Part shown: in pieces, positions 48,135 to 60,600 of the stretch
Numbering within the stretch: position 1 is the stretch's first letter
How the letters are laid out: each line of letters begins with the position of its first letter
Origin: Takakia lepidozioides
Taxonomy: Eukaryota; Plantae; Bryophyta
Direction: 5' to 3'
DNA: 64,000 nt
Assembly (NCBI GenBank): GCA_030704615.1
Contig: CM060734.1
Coordinates: 36,642,001 to 36,706,000, forward strand
Program-made: the position numbers and the translations under genes
Notes under the pieces: model-generated
Told to the model about the DNA's origin: nothing
Database searches by the model: none
The model's input: the letters and a program-made list of their open reading frames with translations, nothing else

Positions 48135-49988
48135 AGGTCGGCTTCCTGACCTATTCAACACATACACGGCTGTATGCATGGCTTCAGCCCAAAATTTCAG
48201 ATCCATTCCACTTGCATGCAACATACTCCTTGCAGACTCAACTATGGTTCTATTATCTCTTTTTGAGAAACCATTCTGCTCCGGTGAATATAGAGCACTC
48301 ATCTCATGAAAAATATCTTGATCATCAAGATATTTCCTCATCTTCTCACTGACGTATTCCCCTCCTCTGTCACTCCTTAATCTCTTAACTCTCTGAGCAG
48401 TCTCTCTGCTCGTCTTCTTTACCATGTCTCTTACACAGTCAAAGCCATCTGACTTTTTGCTCACACAATATATGACTCTATAATTAGAGAAGTCGTCCTT
48501 AAAACATCTGCCTCCTCTCTGTGACACTACATGCATAGGGCCACACACGTCTGTGTGCAACAGTTCTCCTGGGGCTGTAGCCTTCGCTCTGCTCTCTTGA
48601 CTGGGAAACTTGTCTGTGTTTTTTGCCATGTGCACAGCCTTCACAAAAGCTCACCTCAGTCTCTCCTTCACGGATATTCAGTCCTTCTACCATGCCTATC
48701 TTAGACATCTTGATCAGCATGTTACAATTCACGTGACCAAATCTATGGTTCCAGAGTTTTACTTTCTCGGCTGTAGTTCGCCAATATAGGCTCTGGCGTT
48801 GGTTATCCTCTCTTCCACACAATTTGACTGGCTAGTTGGTGTGACCAATTCTATCAAAAGTTTATATAACTTTCCATCTCTCTTACCAATCATGACCACC
48901 TTGCCTGTACCGTCTTTGTCTATCAGTTGACACTCTCTCTTCCCATAGACCGTCACTAGACCTTTGTATGCAGCCTGACTTGTTGAGAACAAGTTTGTAC
49001 GCAATCTAGGTACATATAATATTCTCGTCAAAGTCTCATACTCCCACTGGCCATGTACATAGCACTTGACATCAATGTCACCAACTCCTCTAACCTAAAT
49101 TTGTCGATCATCAGCAACAGCCACATGCCATCGACCTTCTTCAACACTCTTGAGATTCTTGAACCATCTCACCTAGGTCAGTCAATCTGTTTGCCAGACT
49201 CAATGGTGTACTAATGTGAGTCGAAATATCATCGTTATCTCTCATTCTGTACTCAAAGAACTTTTGCCGAAGGATATGGATGTTCTCACTTGCGTTCTGC
49301 TCATGTACTAACTTCAACTTTTTCCACATGAGCACAGCAGATTTACAATTGATCAACTGTTGTAATTAAGTATTTCCTGTTTACTGTTGAACATATGAGC
49401 ATAGTAGCTGCATTGTCTCTCTCATCCTATTCCTCCTCAATCTCGGCTTTTGCTCTAGTCTCGACTCCCTCGACTAGACTAAGCAGTTTCTTCGATCTGA
49501 AAACCACCTACATCTGGAACTTCCAGAGTTGGAAGTTATCTCCATCAAACCTAATATTACTCGATTTCTTGATCTCTATGCCCATGGACGTCATCACTAA
49601 TTCCTACACTTCAGCAAATGTGGGCCCATAACCTTTAGGAAAACAACGTTACTATATCATAGCAAGACTTCGTTGGAGTAAGCTAGAGTACTTTTATTGA
49701 TCATTAAGAAGACACCGTGATGCTTAACCCATGATACTACACTCTGTGTGTACCTCTGCATCCATCATCGTACTTTGGACAGCTTGCACCCTATATACTC
49801 AAAATAGTGGCGGCGGCCCACTTTGAATCAGCAGTTCAAAAACCAATTGCCAGGCGGCATGTCAACAGTCACCCACTGTTCATGCAAAACAGCTGTAGCC
49901 TGACCAGCTAATCATTCTATCTAGTCACATCAGAGATTACTCTCGACAGTAAGTAATTAGTAACTAACGGCGAACTGTAACTCCAACA
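48135..49988 (-). mobile_element. Ty1/Copia retrotransposon B, 5' half only
   Basis: 5' LTR 49988-49634 starts TGTTGGAG; PBS GGTTATGGGCCCA (49633-49621). Gag remnants (MWKKLKLVHEQ), LWNHRFGH GAG-pre-integrase, and integrase HTDVCGP/RSDRGGEY/PEQNG/FWAEA follow. Confidence 0.88.
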
Positions 49989-52900
49989 GTTCGCGGGTCT
50001 TAATTCATATGAGATTCCAGCGAGGGGAAGCAATATCTGGCTTGCAGATCAATCCGTGATGACAGATTTGTTTGTTCCATCTGCTGCACTAGTTTTGAAT
50101 TTCTTGAAAGAAAGTGGCTACCTTTTGACATCAAAAAGCTCCCTCTCTTCTACCCCGTGTCTGTGTCAGTATGGGATAAATATCTAGCTTGAACCAACAC
50201 GGTGACTAGAACCAGCTGGCAGCTAGTTAGCACCAGGTAGCAACTGTCGTTTTCCAGTGTAAATATATTATGGAGGGTGGGTCCCCCTTTGTGGACATTC
50301 GTAGTAGTTCTGTAGTAAAGGAAACTCTGAGAACAGCAGATCCAGAAGGTGTGATCAATACCGAGTGCACAGTCTCTCGTTTCTCCCCCTGCCTTCTACT
50401 GCGTGTTACGATCTCCATGTCCGTTCATGTGGAGACGGAAAGAGCGTGTCGATCTGTGCGTTGGGCAGTAGGCTCTGAAATTCGCTGGACACTAAGCAAT
50501 CTCTTAACTTGTACTCTTCCATCTCTGAGCTGTTTGTGCTCTATAAATCCCACACTAGGCAGCCCAGCAGTGGTTGGGTATTCGTGCCATGCCTGTGTAT
50601 GACCAGGGTTCAATCAGTGCCTCAACCATCCATTGCCCTCGATGGGCTATATGTTGAGCAGTATAATCTTACAACAACAGGGCCTCAGTTTGACAATTTC
50701 ATGTCGAAAGAGCCTACAATTTTCCCAAGGTTGTTCGACATGGATGTCGCACTGTTTGTCGTTTGAAGCAAGTAAACTAAACCTTGAGATGAATCGACAT
50801 TATGCGAACTGAGATTGAGTCGACATTGTAGTGCAAGAAGGTAAAACCGCACTCTGACCGACCCTAGGATGTACATTCCACATTAACAATTCATCCGCTT
50901 TCTAAAGTACTTGGCTTTAATTTGAGGTAATGGCTGCCTGGATTGAAACCCATGCGAATGAGGAGAAGCAATCTGCATGCTCAAACCTAGCCTGCTTATG
51001 CTCCTCAAATGGTTGATCAGAATCTTCACTGTACATAGAGCTGAACGCATTTTTAATCCTCGAAGGAACTTTGCGTCTGTTGAGAAAGATATTATCATGG
51101 AAAATATTCTAAGATCATAAGTGTTTGCAATGTTCGAAGAATGTGCACCCACTAAGCATTCAACTATTCCTTGTCTCATGATGCCCATGAATTTTTGTAA
51201 TTAGATCTATTGGAAACCCCCTCCAACTACACATTATATGCAGCTCTTTTACTCATCCTCCACACCTGCATTCTTCTTGCCTAGAGCTCAGTGGATCCTG
51301 TGCACATCGAGTACTCGATAAGTCTCTCTTTGTGAAATTATTTGTCTCTTCCTTGGATTAAGGGTCAGAGAAGTGGGACAAGGAGTTTCCCTTGTTTCCC
51401 TTTTCTCTTGCACAAAATGAAAAAAAACAATTAACTAGATGACTAATCTATATTCATGGCAGGATAATATGTTCAATATGTTGCCTGGCACAAGTATTAC
51501 CTTGTCCATTCATTGTTCAATGTAGTCTACCCGGAGCTCGGACTAGAAGCTAGTAAATGATACATGAAATATGCAAGTTTCGATCATTCAAGGATCTGAA
51601 TCCCTCACACGTATGAATATTACAATAGTTCTTAAATATGAGGATCGCATGCATAATTTACTGCCACACAGTGCAGTAAGATTCAATTTGTATGCTGATG
51701 GTAACTCCTTTAAGACTGTACATGAACATGTCATGCAAAACCTATCTCAAAAACACTGCCAACAAGAAGGGACATCAGATGAGGGAGGAATGGAGACTCA
51801 CTCAGACAACCAAATGTCTAGGTAAAGCAGTCATCGTATATGTTCCAGCCCTGAGGAACAAACCAAGCTGCAGGTCAGATTGACAGACACAGTAGCATAG
51901 GCTCTTTAAGAGAATAGATATCCAATAGGCATCACTTACTTGCATTGTGTTCCTAGCTTATGAGGCACTCTGTTAGGATGAATAGCCCTGCACAAAACCA
52001 TCACTCAACCATCATAGGATCAGATATTTATTAATACACATTTCAACAGAAGAACTGCATGTGCATACTGGAAAGCCTGCCATATTCTTCTCCACAAATG
52101 AATAACAAAATAGTTATGACCTATTTCTTACTCTCTTTGGCTTTAAAATCATGTTTTTGGAGGAGTTGGACCTTATGGGAAACTCGACATGGGGGACTAA
52201 CAAATATCAGCTCCTATGACCCAGATATTGGGGATTCCATGTGAGTAACAAGACTGCCATATGTGCTACTCTTATGTGGCTGATTCTGGCATTTAACACA
52301 AACCGCAAATCGACGTCACTGAACAACCTACATAAATTCTATATACCAGACATGGAACAAATTCCCCAGCTGAAATCACAAACAGGACAAGCAGTAACCG
52401 AAGTGATTTGACCACACTGAAACACCACAATTTGATTGGCCGCATCTCTAGATCATGAATGACAAAAATGTGATTTGAAGAGCTTTTCGCAACTTTTTCA
52501 CCCATTTCTTAGCTCCTACGTTTCATCCCACCTCCAAAAACGAATATCTTTTCCGATAACAAATCCAGACAGTTACTCTATATCAAACAAGCATAGGTGA
52601 GGATCAATCCGACGACTACATGTCTTTAAATCGTGAGCTTGTAATGCTAAGAAGTGGGGAGTCATCGAAGTACTACACGGTATGTTCAAGATTTTGTATC
52701 AAGATTTGCATTTTGATACAAGTTGGGGAGTCCTAGAACCAAGAAGCGAGAAGTTAATAAGGCTGAGATGTGAGAGGTTTTCTTTAGAAATTTAGTAGCA
52801 CGCACGCTGGGGTGCGTATATTATTGCAATCGGCCGATGGCTCATTCATTCATGAATGTCTCCAAACTCTTCTCCAAATGGTTGAACAGATCCTGTTGGG

Positions 52901-53639
52901 GCGCATTGTCGTGATCCATGAGAACTGAGGGATACAACTTCATTATGAAACTGCCTAAGTACTGCATACTAATTAAATAATTTTTGGCTCGGTGATTGAG
53001 CCTGCAACCATTTCAGACCCTCTTCAGCCCGATGCACATCACGCGGTTGACAATTGATAGTCGACAATCGACAACAGTTTGAACACGTCCGATACTTGCA
53101 GAGTATCCCGAGCTGGTGTCTCACGAGTTGACTCGTAGATTTGAATCCATTTATCACGATACTGGTCACTCGTTCGTCAAAGTCTGTGAGGGAAAAAGGT
53201 GATCGACATTAGACTCGCTGGAGATTAACCTGCCCACAGTTTTTCCACGACAATCCGATTAGTTCCCGACCGAGGCTCTCTAAATATAGACCAGTGCAGA
53301 CCCTTAAAATGTTGACTTAAATGATTTAGGGGGCCGTGCCCTTCAAATTTTTCTGTCAAAACTCTAAAGTAGGCAAAAAGAAAAAGATAAAAGTTGGGGT
53401 CACTTTTAGCCGGGTGTAACTTTTAGCCTCGGACTTTATAAACCCCGCCAACCCCGCTCGCTTTGCATATCTCTCCTGTCTGTCTGATCTTCACTGCCCA
53501 CTTTCGGACTCTCTCTTTGAGCTCTTTGAGTCTTTGAGCATTTTGCGGACGTTATAAAGTTCTGTCTCAATTCATTTCTCTCTGATCTTCACTGCCTCAG
53601 TTTCGTACTCTCTAGAGCTGATCTTCACTGCTCCACAAT

Positions 53640-54332
53640 ATGTTGGCAACACTCTCTTTTCCTTGTATGGACACAGTACAATTTTCGACCTCCGATTGCT
53701 CCCCGTTGATGTCGACATCCAACAGTCAGAAGCTGGTATCCAAGACGAAGATGGCAAACAAAGTGGCCAACTATGTGAAGCACCATTTACAGGCCACAGG
53801 CTTTGGAAAGCCTCAAAGTTTGGCCTCCTTCCAGTCTGAAGCATCTATCGACACACAGTCCGATCGCTCAAGTTTGCTGATTTCGACGTGTCTCCAGAGG
53901 TCGTCTAAGACCAAGAAACGTTTACTGGGCATGGAACTTGGAAAGTCTGACGGTTTGGCCACCCACCAGTCGGGCCATAGATTGTCTTTGGCGTCTGGTA
54001 CCCACCATCTCAAATCTGTGACAAAATTTGTTTCACACCCACCGGGGGTGCCAAGGGGCTACGTGGCTGTCTACGTGGGCAGAGAGAGGCGTCGATTTGT
54101 GATCCCCATTCTGCTCCTGACGCATAAACTGTTTGGCGAGTTGCTTGCAAAGACCGAGGAGGAATATGGATACGAGAATGAGGGGGGTGTGCGCATCTCT
54201 TGCGACCCCGATCTCTTTGAGCTATTCTTGCACGACAAATTGAGAAAGACTTCTCTACAAATTGGAGGCCATTCCTCTGATGTGGGCGCTGTTTGTGGCA
54301 TGAAAGGAGGGTTCAAAGCAGTGGTATTATGA
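53640..54332 (+). CDS. SAUR (small auxin-up RNA) family protein with long N-terminal extension
   Basis: Intronless ORF containing VPRGYVAVYVGRERRRFVIPILLLTHKLFGELLAKTEEEYGYENEGGVRISC. The start codon is uncertain (ATG 53640 or a downstream Met). Confidence 0.9.
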   Translation: MLATLSFPCMDTVQFSTSDCSPLMSTSNSQKLVSKTKMANKVANYVKHHLQATGFGKPQSLASFQSEASIDTQSDRSSLLISTCLQRSSKTKKRLLGMELGKSDGLATHQSGHRLSLASGTHHLKSVTKFVSHPPGVPRGYVAVYVGRERRRFVIPILLLTHKLFGELLAKTEEEYGYENEGGVRISCDPDLFELFLHDKLRKTSLQIGGHSSDVGAVCGMKGGFKAVVL

Positions 54333-55119
54333 GTCATGATGTGCTAGTGTTCACCTTCAGGATTGCAAGTATGACCTGTACATTCTATTTAGGCCACCAT
54401 GGGCCTCTAATCAAGGATGCCCCTGGGAGGGCCACTTTAAAGATCTAGTGACAACCTTCTGCCTGCTAGCAACCGTTAAGCTAGTTCATTCTGAAGCTGA
54501 TAGGTTTACCTTTTAGAAAGCTTGAACACTGAGTTGGAGATTGATTTTTCACGTTGATTCCCATGTACACTAGTGATATAATTTGTAAGAAAGTCATGAG
54601 CCGATTTAAATTAGGCCATCAATTGGAAAAGTTTACCTTCTGACCCTTAGCTAGGCATGGATTGTATGTTCCCCATGGATCTCATATATGTAATAGGAAA
54701 AAAAGTGAAACAATAGATGTTCCTCATTTGTAAGTTCGCTTCTGTTACCCCCAGGGCACAGGCGGTAGTCACAGTGCAGTCCACTCTGCAGCTCCTACAA
54801 GTCTCTATCCGCATACTGTGGGAGCTCACCCTGCACCTTCTCAACGCTTCTTAGAATAGAGGGAGGTGGAGCTGCGCGAAGACAATTGGGCTGTAAGATT
54901 CTATTATCGCGTAGGCCCAAAAACGTCTCCCAACAGAAAGAAAGAAAACGAATGAATTTATCTATAATATCTGCAAAGAGCTTAAGGGACAAAGAAAGCA
55001 GGACATGTTCTAAACAGCCCAAAACCAACTATTCATCACGGGATTCACTTAACGCCTCTTGCAGATAGCATTTCTGATCCGCATAGTGGAATACCCCAGA
55101 ATAGGCAATGGAAATAGAA

Positions 55120-56330
55120 TCTCATAAGTTTGCCGTAGCCTTGTGCCGTAAAAAGAAACCAAAAGAGAAATGAAATGAAATGGTGCTTTATAACGTCCGC
55201 GGAAAGCTCGTAGAGCTTATGGGACAAACGCTTATGGGAATGTTCTCAAGAGAGAACGTGCATTTCATCCTATCGAGGTGGCCCCATCGGACAAACTACA
55301 TAAGCAAAAGTGGAAGGAGAGGGGAGAAAATGAACTCATGCCGTTCCCCTGCGAACGTTGGCTTGCCATCGGGGTACGGCCATTGACCCCACGAGAAACT
55401 CTCCCGCAGCCTTTTGTGGGGTTGCACCCACCTATAACCTTGTTTTCCCACAACTTTCATTAACCCTTAAGTTCCCAAGCCCTTTTTTGACTTTTTACCT
55501 ATTTTGGGTATCCAGCTGCAGTAAATTGCCCCTAAAAACCTACCAAAAATCATCAGGAGATTCCAGCCTTGTAGCATTGGGCCCAGCTCATTTATGCATG
55601 ACATACCAAAAAATGAGCCAAGTCCACCGTGCAAATTGTGAGATTATAGCGTTGGCCCCGACCTCAAATATCAGGTCCAAAAGAAAAAGTGAGAAAGAAA
55701 TTGGTTTGACCAAATCAAAACCTAGCTTTATCCAATTTTGCTTGCCCCAAGACCCACCATTTCCAAGTCAATAGTGGAGTGGCTATGACCCCACTAAATT
55801 GCAGGTCCAACTGCTTTTTTCACCTATGCTTGCTTTGCATGCAATTACATGGGGGTTGAAATCTCAAAATTGACAAGAGAAAATGTGCCTCCAAATGAAG
55901 TACTTTTTTTTCTACAAATTTTTGAAAAGCCAATGGTGGATGCGTGTATGTAATGCTCACACACGACAAGGTGAAGTGCTTTTTCCAAAATTGCTAAAGT
56001 TCTGCCAAAAATGGCCTTTGGAGTGCAATCTGTTTTGGGCTTGTTTACCTGCCACGTCAGCGGTCAACAAGCCCTTTTCAGGCCCCAAAACGTAAATGAG
56101 AGATCTAAGATATTTTTTGTACGTCGTAGCTTTTGTTTTTTTTTTTAATTTTGTTTTTCTCATCATACTCGAGACAAATCCCTTGTCATTAAAGCTTCAG
56201 GAGTGGGCCCCATCAGATTAGATCTGCAAAAATTAGGTCGACCTGCAAATTCAAAGTGACCCGATTCAGGTCGCTTGGGAACTTAAGGGTTAAGGCGCTC
56301 ACATAGGCACCTGTCCGCATGCAAACTCCG
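55120..56330 (-). mobile_element. RTE-X-like LINE 3' fragment (subfamily 2) interrupted by two nested insertions
   Basis: Removing ~55146-55378 and 55464-56293 restores ...GGGGTCAATGGCCACAAGGCTACGGCAAACTTATGAG (RGVNGHKATANL*), colinear with 17418-17590. Confidence 0.75.
55464..56289. mobile_element. piggyBac-like non-autonomous element (826 bp)
   Basis: Perfect 17-bp TIRs CCCTTAAGTTCCCAAGC / GCTTGGGAACTTAAGGG, with TTAA on both sides (55460-55463, 56290-56293). A paralogous empty site with a single TTAA lies at 17548-17551. Confidence 0.88.
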
Positions 56331-57618
56331 GGGTTTAGTTCTAAAGCTCTGCATTTACCACAGAAAAAACATTCATGGGACCATAGAGAGAGGGGGAGAG
56401 AGAACGAGAGGCTGATATTGAATTTACAATAACAGTCCAATTTTGGTTCCAGCACAGCTAAGGATGGCCACGACCTGACCGAATTATCGAACATGAGGAT
56501 TATGCTCAAGTGGCATTAATTATCTTCAATGGACAAATCAGACATGCCCTGTTTCGAAGATCTCTACCCAACAAAAATGTACCTACGATGGCACTCCCAA
56601 TCACAAAAAATGAATTCCTTCCCGAGCAGCTCCGGCAAGGCAACATGACACGAAGCTTGTGACAAACATCAACATTCTCAAGTCTCAACATCCTGCAGTG
56701 ACTCTACTTCCAATAGGAACTCAAAAGAGACTAGACATATTCTGACAACACAAACAATACATGTATGCTCCATAAATATTTGACTAGGATCCCTCGAAGA
56801 AGCGAGCGAAGAAATTACCATCGCTCTCTTGAGTCTTCACGGCAACGGCAGGCGAGCATTACCTATGAACAAGGCTTGAGTCTCATAGACAACAGCAGAT
56901 CAATCACAGAAACGAAAGCTACTAGAGACTTAGAGCAGGTAAAATGAATTCATCATAATATGTACTGTCAAGTACACTAGTTTGCAATGCGGGTTACAAT
57001 GTGACCAAGAATGTACAGAGCTCTTGTAAGGGTTTTTAGAAAAACAGGGTGTATCTCGTGGGATGAATGATTAATTTATAAGTTGTTGCTAAGGGATACA
57101 CTTGATTTGCTGGAGCCATCAAATACAATTCTTTTGAACCTAAAACCCGAATGAGTTGCTAAAGACTTATGTGAGAGATTGGGTTTCACAAAATTATACA
57201 CGGTTGAATCTCCCACGGATCTCATAGTAGAGAGGGCAATAAATGATCTTGAATAAAGCTTAGAAGACTCAAGTCCAAGATTTTGATATACATTGTCAAC
57301 TGTTGTATAATTTGCGTTCCTTTTCGCTTGTTTCCAGCTTTCACCTTCAATTTTCGTCTCACTGAACCTGAAAGCTCGGCAAGTTGATAACTCGGGCCAG
57401 GATTAAAATCCTTCATTACTGAAATTCTTTTGATCAATTGATGTATTGGTATCTAAGTACTGCCAGCGGGAACAGGCTACAGAGGGCTCAACATGAAGTG
57501 CTACGAAGCTAACACACATTTTGGCCATCATACATTTAACCAAAAAAAGAGAAGAAGCATGAGATTTGGGCCTCATTGCAAGCTTGTTCGGGCTGTTGTT
57601 CTTCTGCCATGCAGAGAC

Positions 57619-60600
57619 TGTTAAATTTAGAAAGCTATATCAGCATGGTCCCACCAGGGTGACACCCTGTTTGCTGTATCTCTTTATTAAGTAAGCGTCA
57701 TCCAGTTGGTAAGCATTAGCTGAATTCCAGCTAATCGGGTTTAGTTCCACCTACCGGCAATCAATGCTAGCTCTTAGATAAATAGGGAACCCGTTAAGGG
57801 TACTGTATTCCTGATGTTCCTCCTTAGTAAAGTATTCCAGTATGCTGAATCTTACATGGTATCAGAGCTAGGGCCGTGGGAATCGAAGTGCTTCACAAGG
57901 TCGCTGTAGGAAGACTTGTCTGGGCGTAGGAGCTCTACTCCGTCCTACTGACTAGGAGTCAAATTTTTATTATCATATTTCTTTTTCTTGTTATCATACT
58001 AACCTTCGGATCGTGCTAACGTTGCTTGTTGTCCTTATAATTTTGTCTTCTATACTAACCTTCTTATTTGTGTCGATAAGTATCTCAAGATCTCTCTCCC
58101 TCTAGATGCAAACCACCACTTGCATGTTATAGAATCCAGCAAACTTGCTGGGCAGTCCAACTGGAGCATATGGAAGTTTAAACTCCGTACTCAGCTCTTA
58201 GTGATGACTTGCTTACATTTCTGGAGTCTGATGTCTCACCTCCTGAGGGACAACTAGAGGTCCATAACAAAAGGAAGCACAAAGCTCTTGCATTAATCTG
58301 TAGGAACCTTTCTAACAAAGTCATTCCTTACATTCAAGATATTGACTGTCCAAGGAAAATGTGGCTCAAACTTTGTGAGCTTTATGAAGTCAAGTCTATC
58401 TCCAGGAAGTCGCTAATCTGAAACCGTCTTACTAACCTCAAAATGGAAGAAGGAATGACCATGGAATCATTCATGGAAAATATGTCTGATCTTGTGAGCC
58501 AGCTTGCAGCATGCGGTGAGAAGATTGATGATACAATGCTGGTCGAAATGGTGCTTAACAGCTTACCCGAGAGTTACGACTATTATGTGCAAGCAGTGGC
58601 AAGCCAGAAGGACCTACCAACCATGGACGAACTCACTGCCAAACTGCTCCAGGAAGAAAAAAGCAGAGAGCTAAGAGGTCGGCAACAAAAAGATACATAA
58701 GCTCTTTTCGTCAAGTTTCAAAAGATGGGGGCAGACATTTTGGTAAAAAAACAAGCTTCTGGACACACATCCCATGACAAGAAGACATCAACCTGCAATC
58801 GATGTGGAAAGATCGGTCACTAGGCGAAAGATTGTGCAGTTCCATATAACGAAGTACTCAAACTTCGTGCACATCTGCAAGCCCATCTTGTTGAGGAGAA
58901 CAGCGATAGTGAGTACAATGATGCAGCCGATGTCATTGAAGCAACTTTAGCGGCAATAGAAATAGCAGACGAAGATGAGGCCATCTCTGCTGAGATCACC
59001 GAAGCAGAGTGGATTGTTGACTCTGGTGCTTCGAGACATATCACTGGAAATCCAGATCTGGTGCATGATGTAGTAGCATCAGGAAGCTCACAACACAATG
59101 TTAGCTCTGCCGGTGGGCATGCACATACTGTTCTTGGCAAAGGTCATGCCAAGGTAAACATGAACTGATCAATAACGAAGATATCTAATGTTCTTTACGT
59201 ACCGAGTCTGAAGCGGAATCTACTTTCAGTTGGAGCAATCTGTGACAATGGTCACCTGGCTATCTTTGACAATAGAAATTTGTTTGTAGATAAAAATAAC
59301 ACTAAGAGAATAGTAGCACAGGGATCTAGAAATAGGAGAAATGGCTTATATAATTTAGACACCAGCAGCTTTGTCAATTCTCTAGATTCCAGTAGAAAGA
59401 TAGAAGCAAATGCCTGTGAACATATGCCTCAAATAGATCACGGTAGAATGGCTAGACTTTGGCATAGACGACTATGACACTTCAATTTTCAAGGCCTTCA
59501 CAAAATGGCCACACAACAAAGAGCAATAGGCTTACCTCATCTACCCCTCCTCGTAGAATCTTGCATAGGCTGCTTGCTCGGAAAGCACCAACGAAAATAA
59601 TTTTCGAAGAAAGCAGAACACAGGACTACCGAAATCCTTGAGCTGTTGCACATAGACCTTTGTGGACCGCTGCAAGTCTCATCTCTCTCAGGATCAAACT
59701 ATTTCATGGCAATAACCGACGATTTTAGTCGATATACATAGGTATATTTTCTGAGAAGAAAGGATGAAGCACAATAGAAGTTCAAGATCTTCCGACAGAT
59801 GATAGAAAATGCTACAGGGAAGACGATAAAGTGCTTACGCTCAGACCGCGGAGGCGAGTTCTTGTCTCACGAATTTAGTGCTTTGTCATGGTTTTAGTCA
59901 TGGTTAACTGGAATTACCTACTTCTAGTTAACTATGACATTTTGGATATTTATATTTGTATTTTGTGTGTTGGGACTTCATTTGGTCTCATATGCCAAGT
60001 GAGGTGTCAAGCCTCACTTGGGACATGGGAAAGGGGTTTTCCCCTTGTGAGTGTTGGAGGAGGGCTCATCTTCTTGTAGTTGAGCCTCCATGAGCTTCTC
60101 TCACCTCCATAGCTCTAGGTATTGAGAGGGAGTGTGTTGAGGGCTTTGTAGGGTGGATTCCCTTAGCAAGGGTGCCCTTGGCTTGACTTAATTTATGTGA
60201 TAGAGTGGATTTCACTTGGAAGGACTAGGACTTGTTCTTAGTGTGATTACTTCATGCTTTGAGAATTTTCATTGTCTTCCACTTCTCTCATTTCTCATCT
60301 CTTATCTATTGTGGCATAGCTTTCTAGGATTGTATGCTTAGAATGTGTGGTGGGCAGCAACGTATATTGTGGCACGATGCTTAGGTGCACGACAGCTTAC
60401 TTGCAGTCCCATGGGATTACACGCCAGCTGACACAGCCTAGAACACCACAACAAAATGGTGTTTCTGAGTGCAAGAACCGTACGTTACTAGAGAGAGCAA
60501 GAAGTATGGTTCTGGAGGCGGATCTTCCCAAATACTTGTGGTCAGAAGCTGTCAACACGACTGCATATCTTCTCAATCGAAGTCCATCATCTGCCAATGA

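Larger units (their letters stand above)
47180..50060 (+). pseudogene. SINA-like copy 4, split by retroelement DNA (47180-47805 and ~50015-50060)
   Basis: VCYEPLASPIFQ|gt...cag|CSNGHTACSSCC is present, with in-frame TAA at 47671-47673. SINA 3' sequence (gggaagcaatatctggcttgcagatcaatcc) and its 3' flank resume after the LTR at 49988. Confidence 0.8.
40990..53846 (+). repeat. Segmental direct duplication: ~40990-43474 vs ~51020-53846 (SINA-downstream DNA plus SAUR upstream/5' region)
   Basis: Long near-identical stretches, e.g. 42650-43000 vs 53020-53360 and 43190-43474 vs 53560-53846. Confidence 0.9.
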
